Assembly: GCF_016432865.1 (NCBI RefSeq)
Contig: NC_067399.1
Location: 567,486,001 to 567,550,000, forward strand
Direction of reading: 5' to 3'
DNA from: Antechinus flavipes
Lineage: Eukaryota
DNA: 64,000 nucleotides
Below the pieces are notes generated by a model. The model ran no database searches and had not been told where the DNA came from. It saw only the letters and a list, made by a program, of their open reading frames with translations. Position numbers and translations under genes: made by a program. Each line of letters opens with the position of its first letter. Position 1 is the first letter of the stretch. Below are positions 11,741 to 23,500 of this stretch, in pieces.

Positions 11741-14700
11741 TCCCTAAGAATAAGCAAGTTGAGAGGAGAAGAAATTTCTACAAAGATCCAGGAGGAATAG
11801 ATAAAACATCTTCTTCCTTCTCTACTCCAGTCAGAAAAACCCAAGAGCTTCAGAAGCCAGGAACCTATCATGGACCACCCCTCTACTGCTTCCCTGCTGG
11901 CCCGCTGCCTTCACCCAGTTAAAAAAAATGTCCTCCCCTACATCCCAATGGATTTAAAAATAATCAGCCTGGGTCCAGAAGTGCATTAGAGGAAACACAC
12001 AAATTGCTTTTTCATTTCAGTGCTGCTTATTGAATCTTACTGATCAGAAAAGCTAATGGCAGAGACTTTGAGGAGGCTGAGAGCAGCCCACCAAGGGAAG
12101 GATATAGTAGGAAGCCAAGGTCAGGCTATGGATAGAGAAAGATTTGGAATCAAAGCAGGAAAAGTATAGACAAACTGTGATTCAAGGAAATTGGAGAGAA
12201 GAGACATTAAAGATCATCCCTTCCATCCCACTGCACCCCCTAACCCCCCAACAGCCCCAGAGAAATCCTAAAGAGCTGCCCCACCTATCCATTATATGGG
12301 CACACAAAAAGCACAGAGAGACAGAAATACAACGACACATGCAGAACCATTTGTGATACAGAGGCAGAAACATACCCTGACAAATTTACGGAGACATAAT
12401 AAATATAGAGCAAAAATAAGTATTTCAATGATTATAAAATGCCATAGGATTGTAAAGCCTGGAATAGATGGGAGGCAGCCTGAACATTCCCACTCATTCC
12501 TTCTGCTCACCTAAGGCTGTTCAATCCCCAAGCTAAATAACTTGGATCAGTCTCAGCACAGGTTGCCAAGGTCAAATTCTGCTATTCCTTGGGTGAGTCT
12601 CTTAATTCTAATGATTAGAGAAAGCAACAAGGGACCCCAACACTGATGTGCTATCTGCTATCTCTGCCAAGTTTACTAGGAAGATCTTTTGATAATCCTA
12701 CTCTATTGCCTCACAGATTTCTCCATTTGCAAGCAGAAAATAACCTCATCTTCTAGACCTTTACCATCCAAGTATACATGCCTTTTGAGAGCCTCAGGAG
12801 TACCTTTAGCCTAGTAGCCCAATTCCATAAGGATTTATCTTATGAAGCTTTGGTTCAAGGGACTAGAAGAATTGGGAGGGGATATCGTTCCACCCTGATA
12901 AAATCCTTTTCCCTAGAAGAGGAGATCCTGAATGTGGGCCTCTGCCCACTGCCTTTGTCCTCTGCCCCTCACCCCCACCCCCAGCCTAAGCTAGAAGAAG
13001 ATAGGAAGATGACTCTCAGCCATTCCTAGAGTCTAAACTCATTCCTTCATCCCTCTGAGGATTTCCACTTTTTCTTCCCTTCTCACTCTTTCCCATTCCC
13101 ATAAGACCTCTCAGCTTTTAGAATAGTAAAAGTCAGTGAAAGAAAACTATTCATTCCCTAGAAAGGCAATGGGATTGAAAGGAGGCTGGAAAATATAGAG
13201 GTTCAGGAAAGGAATAGTGAATTTGCTCATTAGACATATTTATTATAAGGCTTTGGGAGTAGGGCATGAGAGGGAAAGAAGATAAATGTCCATTAGTAGA
13301 AAAATATGAAATCAAAACAAAATAGGCCCCAAAAATCATTGAACAGATTCCCAAGGGCAAAAGAAGAAGTCTTCCTTTATCTGTTAGAGGAAGTTCCAGA
13401 GATGAGACAGAAGAGGTATTGGAAAGGAGGATGGAGCAGCATTTGCTGAATGAATCATGGTAAATGAATCATTTTTCGTCACTGGGCCTCAGTTTCTAAG
13501 GCCCAGGGAAAGGAAATGATGATCAGAAAAGAAAGAAATGTACCATATGTATAAGGGGAAAAGAAAACAGAAATCAAGTCACCATTTATTAAATAAAGAG
13601 GTTAATTAGATGGCCTCTGAGATCTCTTCCATATTCTGTGATCTGAGTTCAAAGACCTGGATTCAAATTCCCAGCTTGATCACATCATCATTAATCTTTG
13701 AGTCCTCTTCTCTGGGCTTCCATTCATCATCTATAAAATCAGAAGCTCGTGAACCACTTTTAGTTCTAAGATTCTATGCCTAAAAGTCTCTGGCTCAGAA
13801 AGAGTTAACCAGATGCCATTTCCTTACATCTCTCAATCCCTGATTCTTATAATAAGGGTTGGACTGGACCATGCCAGTACATCTGTCCATCTTTTCCCCA
13901 ATAGTCCAGATGCCAAGGCGGGCTTGGCAGGAGGTGAGGCAGGCAGCCAGACACCTGGGCACCCCACAGCCTAGGCACAGATGTGGCTCAGCACTCACAG
14001 TGGGTTTAACAAACTGCCAGCAACAGGGCCATCCATTAGCTGTCTGCTATAAGCTTGGAAAGGAGGCAATTTGGAAAACAGAATGAATGGTTGCCCCTCC
14101 TTCTTCCAAGAGAGGAGCCCCATTGGGCACTGAGCCTGTCTACTGAATGGGAAAAGTCTCATAGCAAGGGGGACAACAAATCCTTAAAAGCAAAAAGTCC
14201 TTGAGCCTTTGGGAAGCTGACCTTCTTCCTCCTTTACCCCCATCTAGTCATCAAATGTTTGCTGCCTATGGCTACATGGGATCAAAGACAAGACCTTCCC
14301 TGAAATCTGAACTGTGGGAGTTTGCTTTTAACTACTGTAAATTCTTTACATTGTTATTTTCTTACTTCCATGTTTCTATATAAAACAGCCTCTGGTAACA
14401 GCTAAGCAGGATGGAGAGGATGGGGAAAACATGTTCCATTCTAAATCAGTGGATGCAATGATTTTTTCACATTCTTTCCCCCATCTCTCTTGTTATTTCC
14501 CACTTTGAGACTTATTGCTTCTTTTATTAAAATGGCTACCATGTAAGAGATGGCAGCAAGACAGAAATGAAATCTGTAGAAAAAGCTGATATTAAATAAC
14601 TGCCTGCCCTTCATTTCCACCAAGATGCTTATATCATCAGGTGTATAATAAAATAGCTAAGCATCAGATTGGAATGATCCCAATGTTCTATTCCCAAAAA

Positions 14701-14793
14701 CCCTGGGGGCTTCACTGGAAAATACCAAAAGAGTCACAGTTCCAGTTTAAGCCTCATTTTCTCTGTCTGAAAAGTGAGAATTACAGTGATTCC

Positions 14794-14796
<3 letters not shown>

Positions 14797-14842
<46 letters not shown>
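14797..14842 (+). repeat. (AC)23 microsatellite
   Basis: Read directly from sequence. Confidence 0.97.
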
Positions 14843-14845
<3 letters not shown>

Positions 14846-15590
14846 ACCAGGACTAGATCATGACGTTATGATATAGAAGTATAAAATCATAGATATTTCA
14901 AATTGGAAGGAACATGGAAAAAGAATTCAAACTCTTTGTTTTACACAAGAGAAAACCAAGACCCCAAAAAGATGAGATAATACGCTCAGAGATCATGCAA
15001 ACAGTGGCAGAATTCAAACTAAATCCCAGATCTCTCAGTTCCCTCTTCAGTTTGGCCCCTTAATGTTCCATATGAATTTTTCCTATTATGATGATGACAT
15101 AATGGTCCAGATATAGAATTCCATTGGTGGAAGGAACTTCAAGTGTGAAAATGGACTCCACTGAGACTGATAAGGACCTTCTCAGAAACTCTTAGTTACA
15201 GGGAAATGAGAAATTCAATGATTTGCCCATGGGTCACATAGGCTAAAAGTGTCAGAGGAAAAACTTGAACACAGATCTTCTATTATACCATTCTACCTCT
15301 TTCTACTGTACTCTAATAATTTGAAAAGAAAAGAATTTTGGGATTGCTAAGACACATTCAGCCAACCCAGTTCTTTTTCCACTTTTACAAAACACTGCTC
15401 TTTTTCTAGCAGATTTCACTGGCAAGGATTAAAGTGATCATTAGCACACTTGGATGTTCCAGCCTTGACCACCTGCCATTGCTCCAGGACTCCAAAGACA
15501 GGTTTAACCCCTTTCAAACTCATACAACTAGCACCTTCAAAGGACCATTTCTTACCAGTTCAGTATGAGAAGAAAAGAAATCATTTTAAA

Positions 15591-15630
<40 letters not shown>
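15591..15630 (+). repeat. (AC)~20 microsatellite, one interruption
   Basis: Read directly from sequence. Confidence 0.95.
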
Positions 15631-15638
<8 letters not shown>

Positions 15639-15664
15639 TCTTGTATTTAGCTGCTTTCTTGCCA

Positions 15665-15850
15665 TTAGTCAAAAGTGACCTCAAATCCATCTGTGTGACC
15701 CTGGACAAGTCACTTAATCCTGTTTGCTTCAGTTTCTTTATCTTAAAATGGGCTCAAGAAGGAAATGACCAACCATTCCAGTATCTTTGCCAAGAAAACC
15801 CCAAATGGAGTCACAGTCAACTACCACTGGAAAACAACTCAGAAGCAACA
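15665..15850 (+). mobile_element. MAR1-type SINE, 5'-truncated
   Basis: 'tgtgtgaccctggacaagtcacttaatcctgtttgcttcagtttc...ccagtatctttgccaagaaaaccccaaatgg'. Confidence 0.75.
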
Positions 15851-16285
15851 ATTATCACAAGATTAGCCTGATCTGGACCCCAACAAAACCCAGTGCACCC
15901 TCTCTATTAAATACCCCCATAAGAAAGCACTTGCTTTTCTCCGTCCTAGCCACTGGGTGTCACTTTGTCCCCCACTGAAAGGTGACAATAGAGCATTCAT
16001 CTGGCAGGAAAATAGCTGGTTAGGGAACACAAGGTCCCAACATAGTTCTTAAGCTGTGTCACCACTCCAGCTTTCCAGCAAGGGAGGAGGGATGCGGAAA
16101 TCAGGCCCAGTGCTCTGGGCTTTGTTTGAATCAAGTGGTGACAGATTCATAACTTCCACATGCCCACGCAGGTATGCGCAGAAACCTTGGCTTTGCAACA
16201 GGTCTAGGTTGCTGCCAGCACCTGCCTTAAAGGCACAATCACAATAGGGGGACAATACAACACCCTTCTTTAAATAAACCATGGT

Positions 16286-16304
16286 CTAGTGCCCTCTAGT
16301 GGCA
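16286..16304 (-). promoter_or_regulatory. Candidate CTCF binding motif
   Basis: Minus strand ATGCCACTAGAGGGCACTA; the core CCACTAGAGGGCAC fits CCASYAGRKGGCRS with no mismatch. Confidence 0.55.
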
Positions 16305-17499
16305 TGTCCTGCAACTAATGAATTTGAGCTGTTAAAACAATCCAAGGTTTTCTGCATTTCTGGAGACATCCACTCAAATTAAGAAACATTTATTGCCTAG
16401 TATAAGGAAAGTACCACACTAAGCACTAGGAGAATCCTCCCCACCTTTTCCATGTATTTGTTGCTGCCATGCAAGACCAATTTTATCAGCCAAGTAAGAC
16501 CAACTGTAGTACACCCTAAGTGAGAACAGAAAAATAATTAGTGGAATCTTAGATGGTAGCATCTGTTGTGGACTTGGAGTTGCTGAATCATTACTGACTT
16601 AGATCCTCGGGATCAAGAGTTCTCTATGAAGCCTCCCATGGAAATCTCCAATAACTGGAGCCCAGATGATTTCTAAACCCACAAGATAAGACTATATTTT
16701 AATTGTGCTTTTCTTCTCTCACATCCTCATCTGGAAATCTAGTTCTCATCTCATCCTTCCTTTCTGCCCTCACTTTGCTTTGTTCCCAAACCTCCCCTAT
16801 CTCTCAAAACCCTAAATTCATTTACTCTCATTTGTGTTCATTCAAGAGGCATTTATTTAATACCTACTAGGTACAAGGCACCTTACTAAGCTCTACTGAT
16901 CCAATAACAAAATTGAAAATAGTCTATGCCCTAAATAAATTTATATCTTCTTGGCATCATATTCTATGACCTTGCAATAGCTTCTAAATTTGCAAAATAC
17001 TAGTGATTCTCACTTTTTCATATACTCACTCGCACTCTCTCTTTACCAATTAATTTTACCCATTCAGTAAAGTATTCATTGAGTTTCTATTATGTTCAGA
17101 ATTCTATGTTATGTATTTTGAAGGATACAAAAATAAAACTCAATCCCTGGTCTCAAGTAGCATAGGCACACATGTAACATTGAACAAAAGCCAAGGTCAC
17201 TTCCAAGGTAAGCCATATAAACCAGTGACTCTCAATTCAGGCTCTGTTCCTTAAGCTACAATAAAGTACCAAGTAATTAAACTACTCTTACCTCTATAGC
17301 TTCTCTGCCTTGTTTCTCAACAGCTAAGAAGTCAGAGAGATGAAGGGAACTTAGAATGTGAAGTATAAATTTGAGGGAAAAGGAAATGTCAAAAAGTTTT
17401 TTTAATTAATAGGTTTTAAAAAGGAAAGACCTTTGTTTAGTGAGGAGAGGATTAATGATAAAATATTGTCAAGCTAGCGTCAATCAGCAGACTGTAGTT

Positions 17500-18130
17500 G
17501 GTAAACACTGATATAAACAATAATGCTTTAGGAATTCAGATAAGCCAGGGATCACTATAAACAGGATGATCTTTATAAAGGAGATGGCAACTGAGCTGGG
17601 CCTTGATGAATAGATAGGAGATGAGAATGGCACTTCATTAAGATCTGGACATGAAAATAAACATGGTATGTTTGGAGAGAATGAAGAAACTGATCTAATT
17701 AGAACAGAGGATAAGATTTAAGGGAACTACTGGAAGATCAGGTTAAGATCATATCCTGTCATGCCTAGAATTTGGGGCTATTTCTACTTTATCCTATAAG
17801 CAATGAGGAGCTATTGAATGTCTATGAAAAAGGGAAAGGAATGTAACTCATTGGACATGAGGAAAAGTAGTATATGAAAAGAACCAGTCTGGCAGTGGCA
17901 TGTAAGACAGATTGGAAGGAAGAGTAGATAGAAGTTGGGAGAATAGGTTTAGGTCATAAAAGTAATCCTAGCTTAGGAGAGACAGCCATAGCAATGGAAA
18001 AGATCAAATTCTAGAGACAAGACAAAGAAAAAATTCACAGGACTTGGTGAATAATCAGATATGAAAGGATGAAGAAGGAAGAGGAACCAAAAAGAATTTC
18101 AGTTTTATAAAGAGAAAATGTTAGAATAGG
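17500..18130 (-). mobile_element. L2 LINE fragment
   Basis: Purine-rich reverse-L2 text 'ggagatggcaactgagctgggccttga...ttatcctataagcaatgaggagctattgaa...caggacttggtgaataatcagatatg'. Confidence 0.65.
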
Positions 18131-18373
18131 TAATTTTTTTGTGAATTTACCATGGTAAATTAAATTAGAGTTGAATTAAAGTCTAGAAATATTGGCTTTC
18201 TAGTTAATCTTCATTTTTTTTCCTAACACATTCCACAGTGCTGAGGCTCTAGGCACTGTGGACTTCATACTATTCATGAGAACAAAAAGTTTAGAATCAT
18301 TTGGGATTCTCATGACTTTAGAGACATTGTATCCCCATATTGCATTGTATGTATGTGTACACTAACACTCTTG

Positions 18374-18381
18374 CACACACA

Positions 18382-18420
<39 letters not shown>
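18374..18420 (+). repeat. (CA)~23 microsatellite, one interruption
   Basis: Read directly from sequence. Confidence 0.95.
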
Positions 18421-18422
<2 letters not shown>

Positions 18423-18429
18423 ATTCTAC

Positions 18430-18615
18430 TGGCATAAGAACTTTCAGTCAAGGAAACTCCCTCTACCAATGCAGATTACCACTTTCTCTGCATCTTGTAG
18501 ACTTAACTACTAGAGCCCTGAGAAGTTAAGTGACTTGTCCCACCATATAGCCAGGATGTGTCAGAAAACTAAACTTGAATCCATGCCTTCCTGGCTTTGA
18601 GGCCAGCTCCATGTC
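18430..18615 (-). mobile_element. WALLSI4-like marsupial CORE-SINE
   Basis: 'aggaaactccctctaccaatgcag...ttctctgca..ttgtagactt...gaagttaagtgacttg...gtgtcag'. Confidence 0.65.
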
Positions 18616-19026
18616 ATACACTGAGGCACCAAGACATAAAGCAACATGACTCAAGTTAGAGATCTTATTAATGCATAACTAGAATTTATACCTAGGTCTT
18701 CTAAGTGTAAACTTAGGTGAACCACAATGCTCCTTAAGATTTAGATCTTGCAGATACGTAAGATCAGTAGAATCTTAGCAAGGTCATCAACCTCCATGTT
18801 CTATTACAGTCAAACAGAGTGAAAGCAAGAGTTACTTACTAAGCACCTACTGTATGCTCAGTGCTATGCCAGAATAAGGCACAAGAGACAGTCTCTTTAG
18901 GATATAGGAGTGACTTAGAATCTACAACTGAAAGATTTGAATTCAAATCCAAACTCTTCCTCAATAACTCTGAGAAAACCACTCCAACTCACTGGTCTTG
19001 TTTCTTCCTCTGTAAAATGAGGTTTT

Positions 19027-19225
19027 TGTGTTTTTTGTGGGACAGAAATACATTTTTCATGGCTGCACATTTATAACCTTTATCAAGTTTCTTGTCTTCT
19101 CACTGAGGGAGTTGGAGAGGAGGAGTGAGAGAGAATTTGGAACTCAAAAGTGGTTTTAAAAAAAGGTTAAAATTGTTTTTACATATAATTGGAGAAAATA
19201 AAATAATTAAGCTTTAAAAATAAAT
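19027..19225 (+). mobile_element. 5'-truncated marsupial L1 3' end inserted into a MIR
   Basis: 'gctgcacatttataacc..tatcaagtttcttgtcttctca..gagaatttggaactcaaaa..ttgtttttacatataattggagaaaataaaat'; flanked by 13-nt direct repeat aaaatgaggtttt (19014-19026 and 19226-19238). Confidence 0.75.
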
Positions 19226-19574
19226 AAAATGAGGTTTTCTGGACCTCAATATCCCTTCTACCAATAAATCCCAAGTTGCCAGTGGCAAATAGAGATAGAG
19301 ATAGAGATAATAGAGAGAGATGAGATTGAGAGAGAAGGAGAAAGGTAACTGAGCTACAGAGAGAATTCCCTTAAGGAATTCGCACTCATTTGGGAAAGAC
19401 AGAACGAATACGTTTGAAAACTACTATAAGACTCTACAACACAACGATTATATAATCAGGTGCTTAGTTGTGTGTATATATGACTATAAATGTCAGAAGA
19501 AGAGGAAAGAATGAAGAGAACAAGAACACAGGCACTCCTAACGTCAGAGAGGAAGGATCTCAGCAGCCATCTCT

Positions 19575-19950
19575 CCAAGTGCCCTTCTCATTCTTTTTAG
19601 AACACGAGTTTCCCGAGCACTTGTGGCATTCCCAGCACTGTCCTAGGTGCTTAAAAACGCTTAGGAAAAGTACAAGGCAAAAGTCCCTGCTGCCTTCTGG
19701 GAACTTACACTCTAACTGAGACCAGCACACGCCTGCAAGGCGACTGAATAGTAAGCCAAGGCGGAGCATGGCCAAGGACCACCGTGACTGATCCCCACAG
19801 CCAGGGAGACAGCGATCTTTGGTCCAGACCAGAGAGAACTCACTGTGAGTTCAAGTGGTCGGGAACATTTATTTCATGGAGGAAGCTGGTCTTAAAGGCT
19901 GGAGTGAATCCGACTGACAAAGAGGTAGAAGAGAATTCCAAGAGGAAACT
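19575..19950 (-). mobile_element. L2 fragment, unusually CpG-rich
   Basis: 'gagcacttgtggcattcccagcactgtcctaggtgct...aagtccctgctgccttctgggaacttacactctaa...ttcatggaggaagctggtcttaaagg'. Confidence 0.55.
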
Positions 19951-20599
19951 GACCGTTCAGCCCTGGCGACAGTGTGGACGCCGTGCCAGATCCCAGCTAA
20001 CGTCCTCACTCCCTGCCCTGGCGGGCTCTCCAAGGGCTTTTAGGAATGGGACGGACACTCCCAAAAAGATTCATCTCAATTTCCCTCTGCTCTCTTCCAC
20101 CTGCAGATAAACCGTCTCGTGCACAGCACTACCCTCTAGTGGTCGCTTCGTGCTTCGCTTTTAGGGGAAAAAATATGACAAGCCGAATGCAGATGCCTTC
20201 GGGATTTCGTTTGTTGCTGTTTCACATTTACTAAGCCTTTGCAGTTGAATGACCAGGTGTATAGAGAACGTGCAGGAGAAGCCATTGCTACCCGCCCTAC
20301 AAGCCTGTCATGGAAGACCGTCACAATAAGCAGAAGGATGCCTTCTTTGAGCAGTCGATAAAGGAGAGGGAGATCCAGAAAAACTCTTTCCTTCTCCCCA
20401 AAACAGAGCCTCTATCTCTCCCAGAGATTGCTGAGAGCCACTGAAGGAATTTTCCACAGAGCTATCCCCAGAAACCATTCCCTGAAAGGGCTGCCAACTC
20501 CGCAGACCCCAGAACAGCTGCTGGCAAAGGGCCTTAATAAAAGTCTCAGGGAAAAAAAACAAAAACAAAAACAAAAACAAAAACAAAACAGAGAGAATA

Positions 20600-23500
20600 A
20601 GGCTCGGAACCGTATTACAATTCAGGAGACCCGGGTTCTAGTTTAGATCTGCAACTAACTTACTGGAGCCCGAATCACCTGGAATTCTACCTCCCAGACC
20701 CTAGCTTCCTCTTCTATAAAAGCGGAGATGGGATCAGATGATCTCTAAGTGATCTTCTAACTCAAACACACTTTGATCCTGTTTTTTGAATGATCTTCTT
20801 GATCCCCAAACTTCCTCTGACCTTCAGAAAAGGACAATTTCTACCTATCGCTCCCATCGGAAAAGTTTTCTTTTTTTGCCTCCCAGAGTTCCTATACATC
20901 AATCTCATGGCTCATGCCACAAGATGGGGATCCACTGAAAGAAATTTCCATCCCTTTGGTACAAGTGGACTAAAGGTTCTGGAGGGAGTGAGAGCCAGAG
21001 ACCATAGTCAGGGAAATCTTGTCTTCTAAAACAACCAGTAAAAAAGGGCCCCCCCCCAAGGGGCTTCTCATTCAATGAGAAAAAGAGTGAGACAATTCTG
21101 CAAGGGTCATTGGTTACCCATCAGGAAAGAAGCTCTATTTCAAAATCTAGGTGTCCAGAACTCCCATGAAACTTTTTCCTAGGGACTTTTAACATCCAGA
21201 GAAAGGATTTGAATGCCAGGATATCTCTAGCCATTGGATATTTAGCAGCATAATGCTGCCTCAAGCCAATGGAAACTGAAGCTTGGAACAGTCCTGATGT
21301 TGCACCAGATCCTGCTAACACTTGATCTGCCATGGTGGCCATTCTGACCTCAAAAACCCAAGCTTACCAGGCAGCAGCTTGAAAAACTTCACCAGAGGAG
21401 GGTCATCAAGAAAAAAGGGGTACCCAGTTGGGCAGGGATCCCAGAGAAGAGAGTTTCCATCTGGGAACAAGTTTTTAAGAATTTATAGTCATCAAAAGAA
21501 TTATGGATTTCTTAAATTCAGAAAATCTAAATTCAGTCCCAGGCTGTGTGACTTTTAACAAGTCATTTTCCTGTATGTGTGAATGCACTTATGTTATCAG
21601 GCAGAAAAATCAAATGATCTCTTAGGTCACTTCCCAGATCTATCATTTTGTGAAGTTGAAAAGAAAATTAAGATAGAGTCAAAGAAGTAGTCTCCACTCA
21701 CTTTTTAATCCTGCTGGTCTTGACTGCCTAATATATTCTCCCTTATCCATCTATCCTTATTCATTTTGCTAACCTGATTCTATCTCATCCCTTTCCCATG
21801 TTGCCCTAGGTAAGACTTTAGGAACAGCTTGGGTACTACCAAAAGAACCCACTTTGCTGAAAAATCATAATTGAGGAACATTAGAGAGAGAAGATTATCA
21901 AGCTCGGCTCTCTAATTTTATGAAAGAACAAACTGAAACCAAGAAGAAAAGCCATCGAGATTTGCCTTCGGTCCATTCAAAGCAGTTTAGGAATTTCCTA
22001 AGAGAAAATGAGTACCAGAAGACTTCTATCTTATAACCCCAAGTCTCTCTGCTCCAAGCTCCTGAGACATTTCTGTTGTGAGATTTGCCAGAATTGAGAC
22101 AAGGGGGAAGAAGAGCTCTACTCTAGAGACTATGCTGAATCTTCAGTTTCTACCCTTTCCCTATAAATATTGCTTTGCATAAACTCAACCTTTGGTTTAT
22201 TTCTAATTGGCGTGGGCTGTGAAAGGAGCCCTCAGGGGCTGGCAGCCTCACAGAGCTGCCTCTGGGGACACTGAATTTGGAAACCATACCCTTAGGGAAT
22301 ACCAAGGCAAAAAGGAGGTTCTGGGTTTTAGGAGTCACAGAGAACAAGAATTGGGCTGGGCTATGAAGTAAGGGAGACCACTCCCTTAGAAAATACATAT
22401 ATCGGTTCAGCAAGTGAGGTAGTGGAAAGAAAACTAAATTGAGATTCTAAAAGCCTTGATCCTAATCCTTTCTTTGCCATTATCTAGCAAGGAGATCTTG
22501 GATAAGTCATCAAATAAGGTTTTTATTTCTAAAATGAGGAGGTTTTAAATTGAAACAGAAAATAATGTGTCTTGAGCCAGAGAATAAAAGAAAACACATG
22601 CAGGAAACGTAATAGAGTAAGAAGTCAAACTGACAGAGCCACCCAATGCCCCCAGGGTCAAGGAAAAGTCAATTGGGTATTTCTCAGCTTTCCTTGAGAA
22701 TTCTACAAACCAGAAATGGAAATCACTGGGGGGATTCCCTGGAGATACTTAAAAGCTCTACTGAATAGAAAACCTATTTCCTCCAGTTTTTCTTCCTTTG
22801 GGCTTGAACCTCCAGGGAAGGGGTTCCTCTGGTATATTCCCAGAAAAGGTTAAGTCTACCCAGGACAGAATTGAAGGTGAGCCTCCCTCGGAGAAAAAAC
22901 ACTTTGGATCTGCAGATTCCCCCAAGGAAAAACCAATATTTTCCTGGCTTTTTCAAAAATTCTAATGCTTCCAAATTTAATCCATTACTGATAAGGGTAA
23001 ACCCAGCTAATCTTACTTCTTTGAGAAAAATTGAGGTTTTAGGAAAGGAAAAGATATGTCCAAGATCACTCTGCTAACCTCTTATAGAACTAGCTACAAC
23101 TTAGAGAAACATACATTCAGGAAAGTTTTAAACCAGAAAGACTCTTAGAACTTATCTAATGTGACCTAAATTTGCAGAGTTCTGGTAAACTGCAAGAGAC
23201 CTTAGGCCTAGTGAAAGCTCCACTTTTTACAGACGAGGAAAACATGGCTTAGAAAGATTAAACAATATGTCCATGTTCACATGGTCAATGAATAGCAAAG
23301 GCTCCCAGGTTTCCTAGATTCTTTCCACCTGATCATGCTACTGTGCCGTTCAACAGAGGGTACTTCCATAACTATTTGGCAGAAGGAAACCTTACCATAA
23401 AGCTGATCCTGGTAGAGACATACAACAATAGCCACCATCCATCCCCTTGCTCACTGTAGGTATGTATCCAGCCCCTCCAGTCTTAGAGAATGTGAATCAA

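Noticed and set aside
14833-14850. Possible TDP-43-repressed cryptic donor CTG|GTATTG directly before the (UG)23 array
   Set aside because: Weak donor (+4 to +6 non-consensus), and I could not identify a convincing upstream acceptor by eye.
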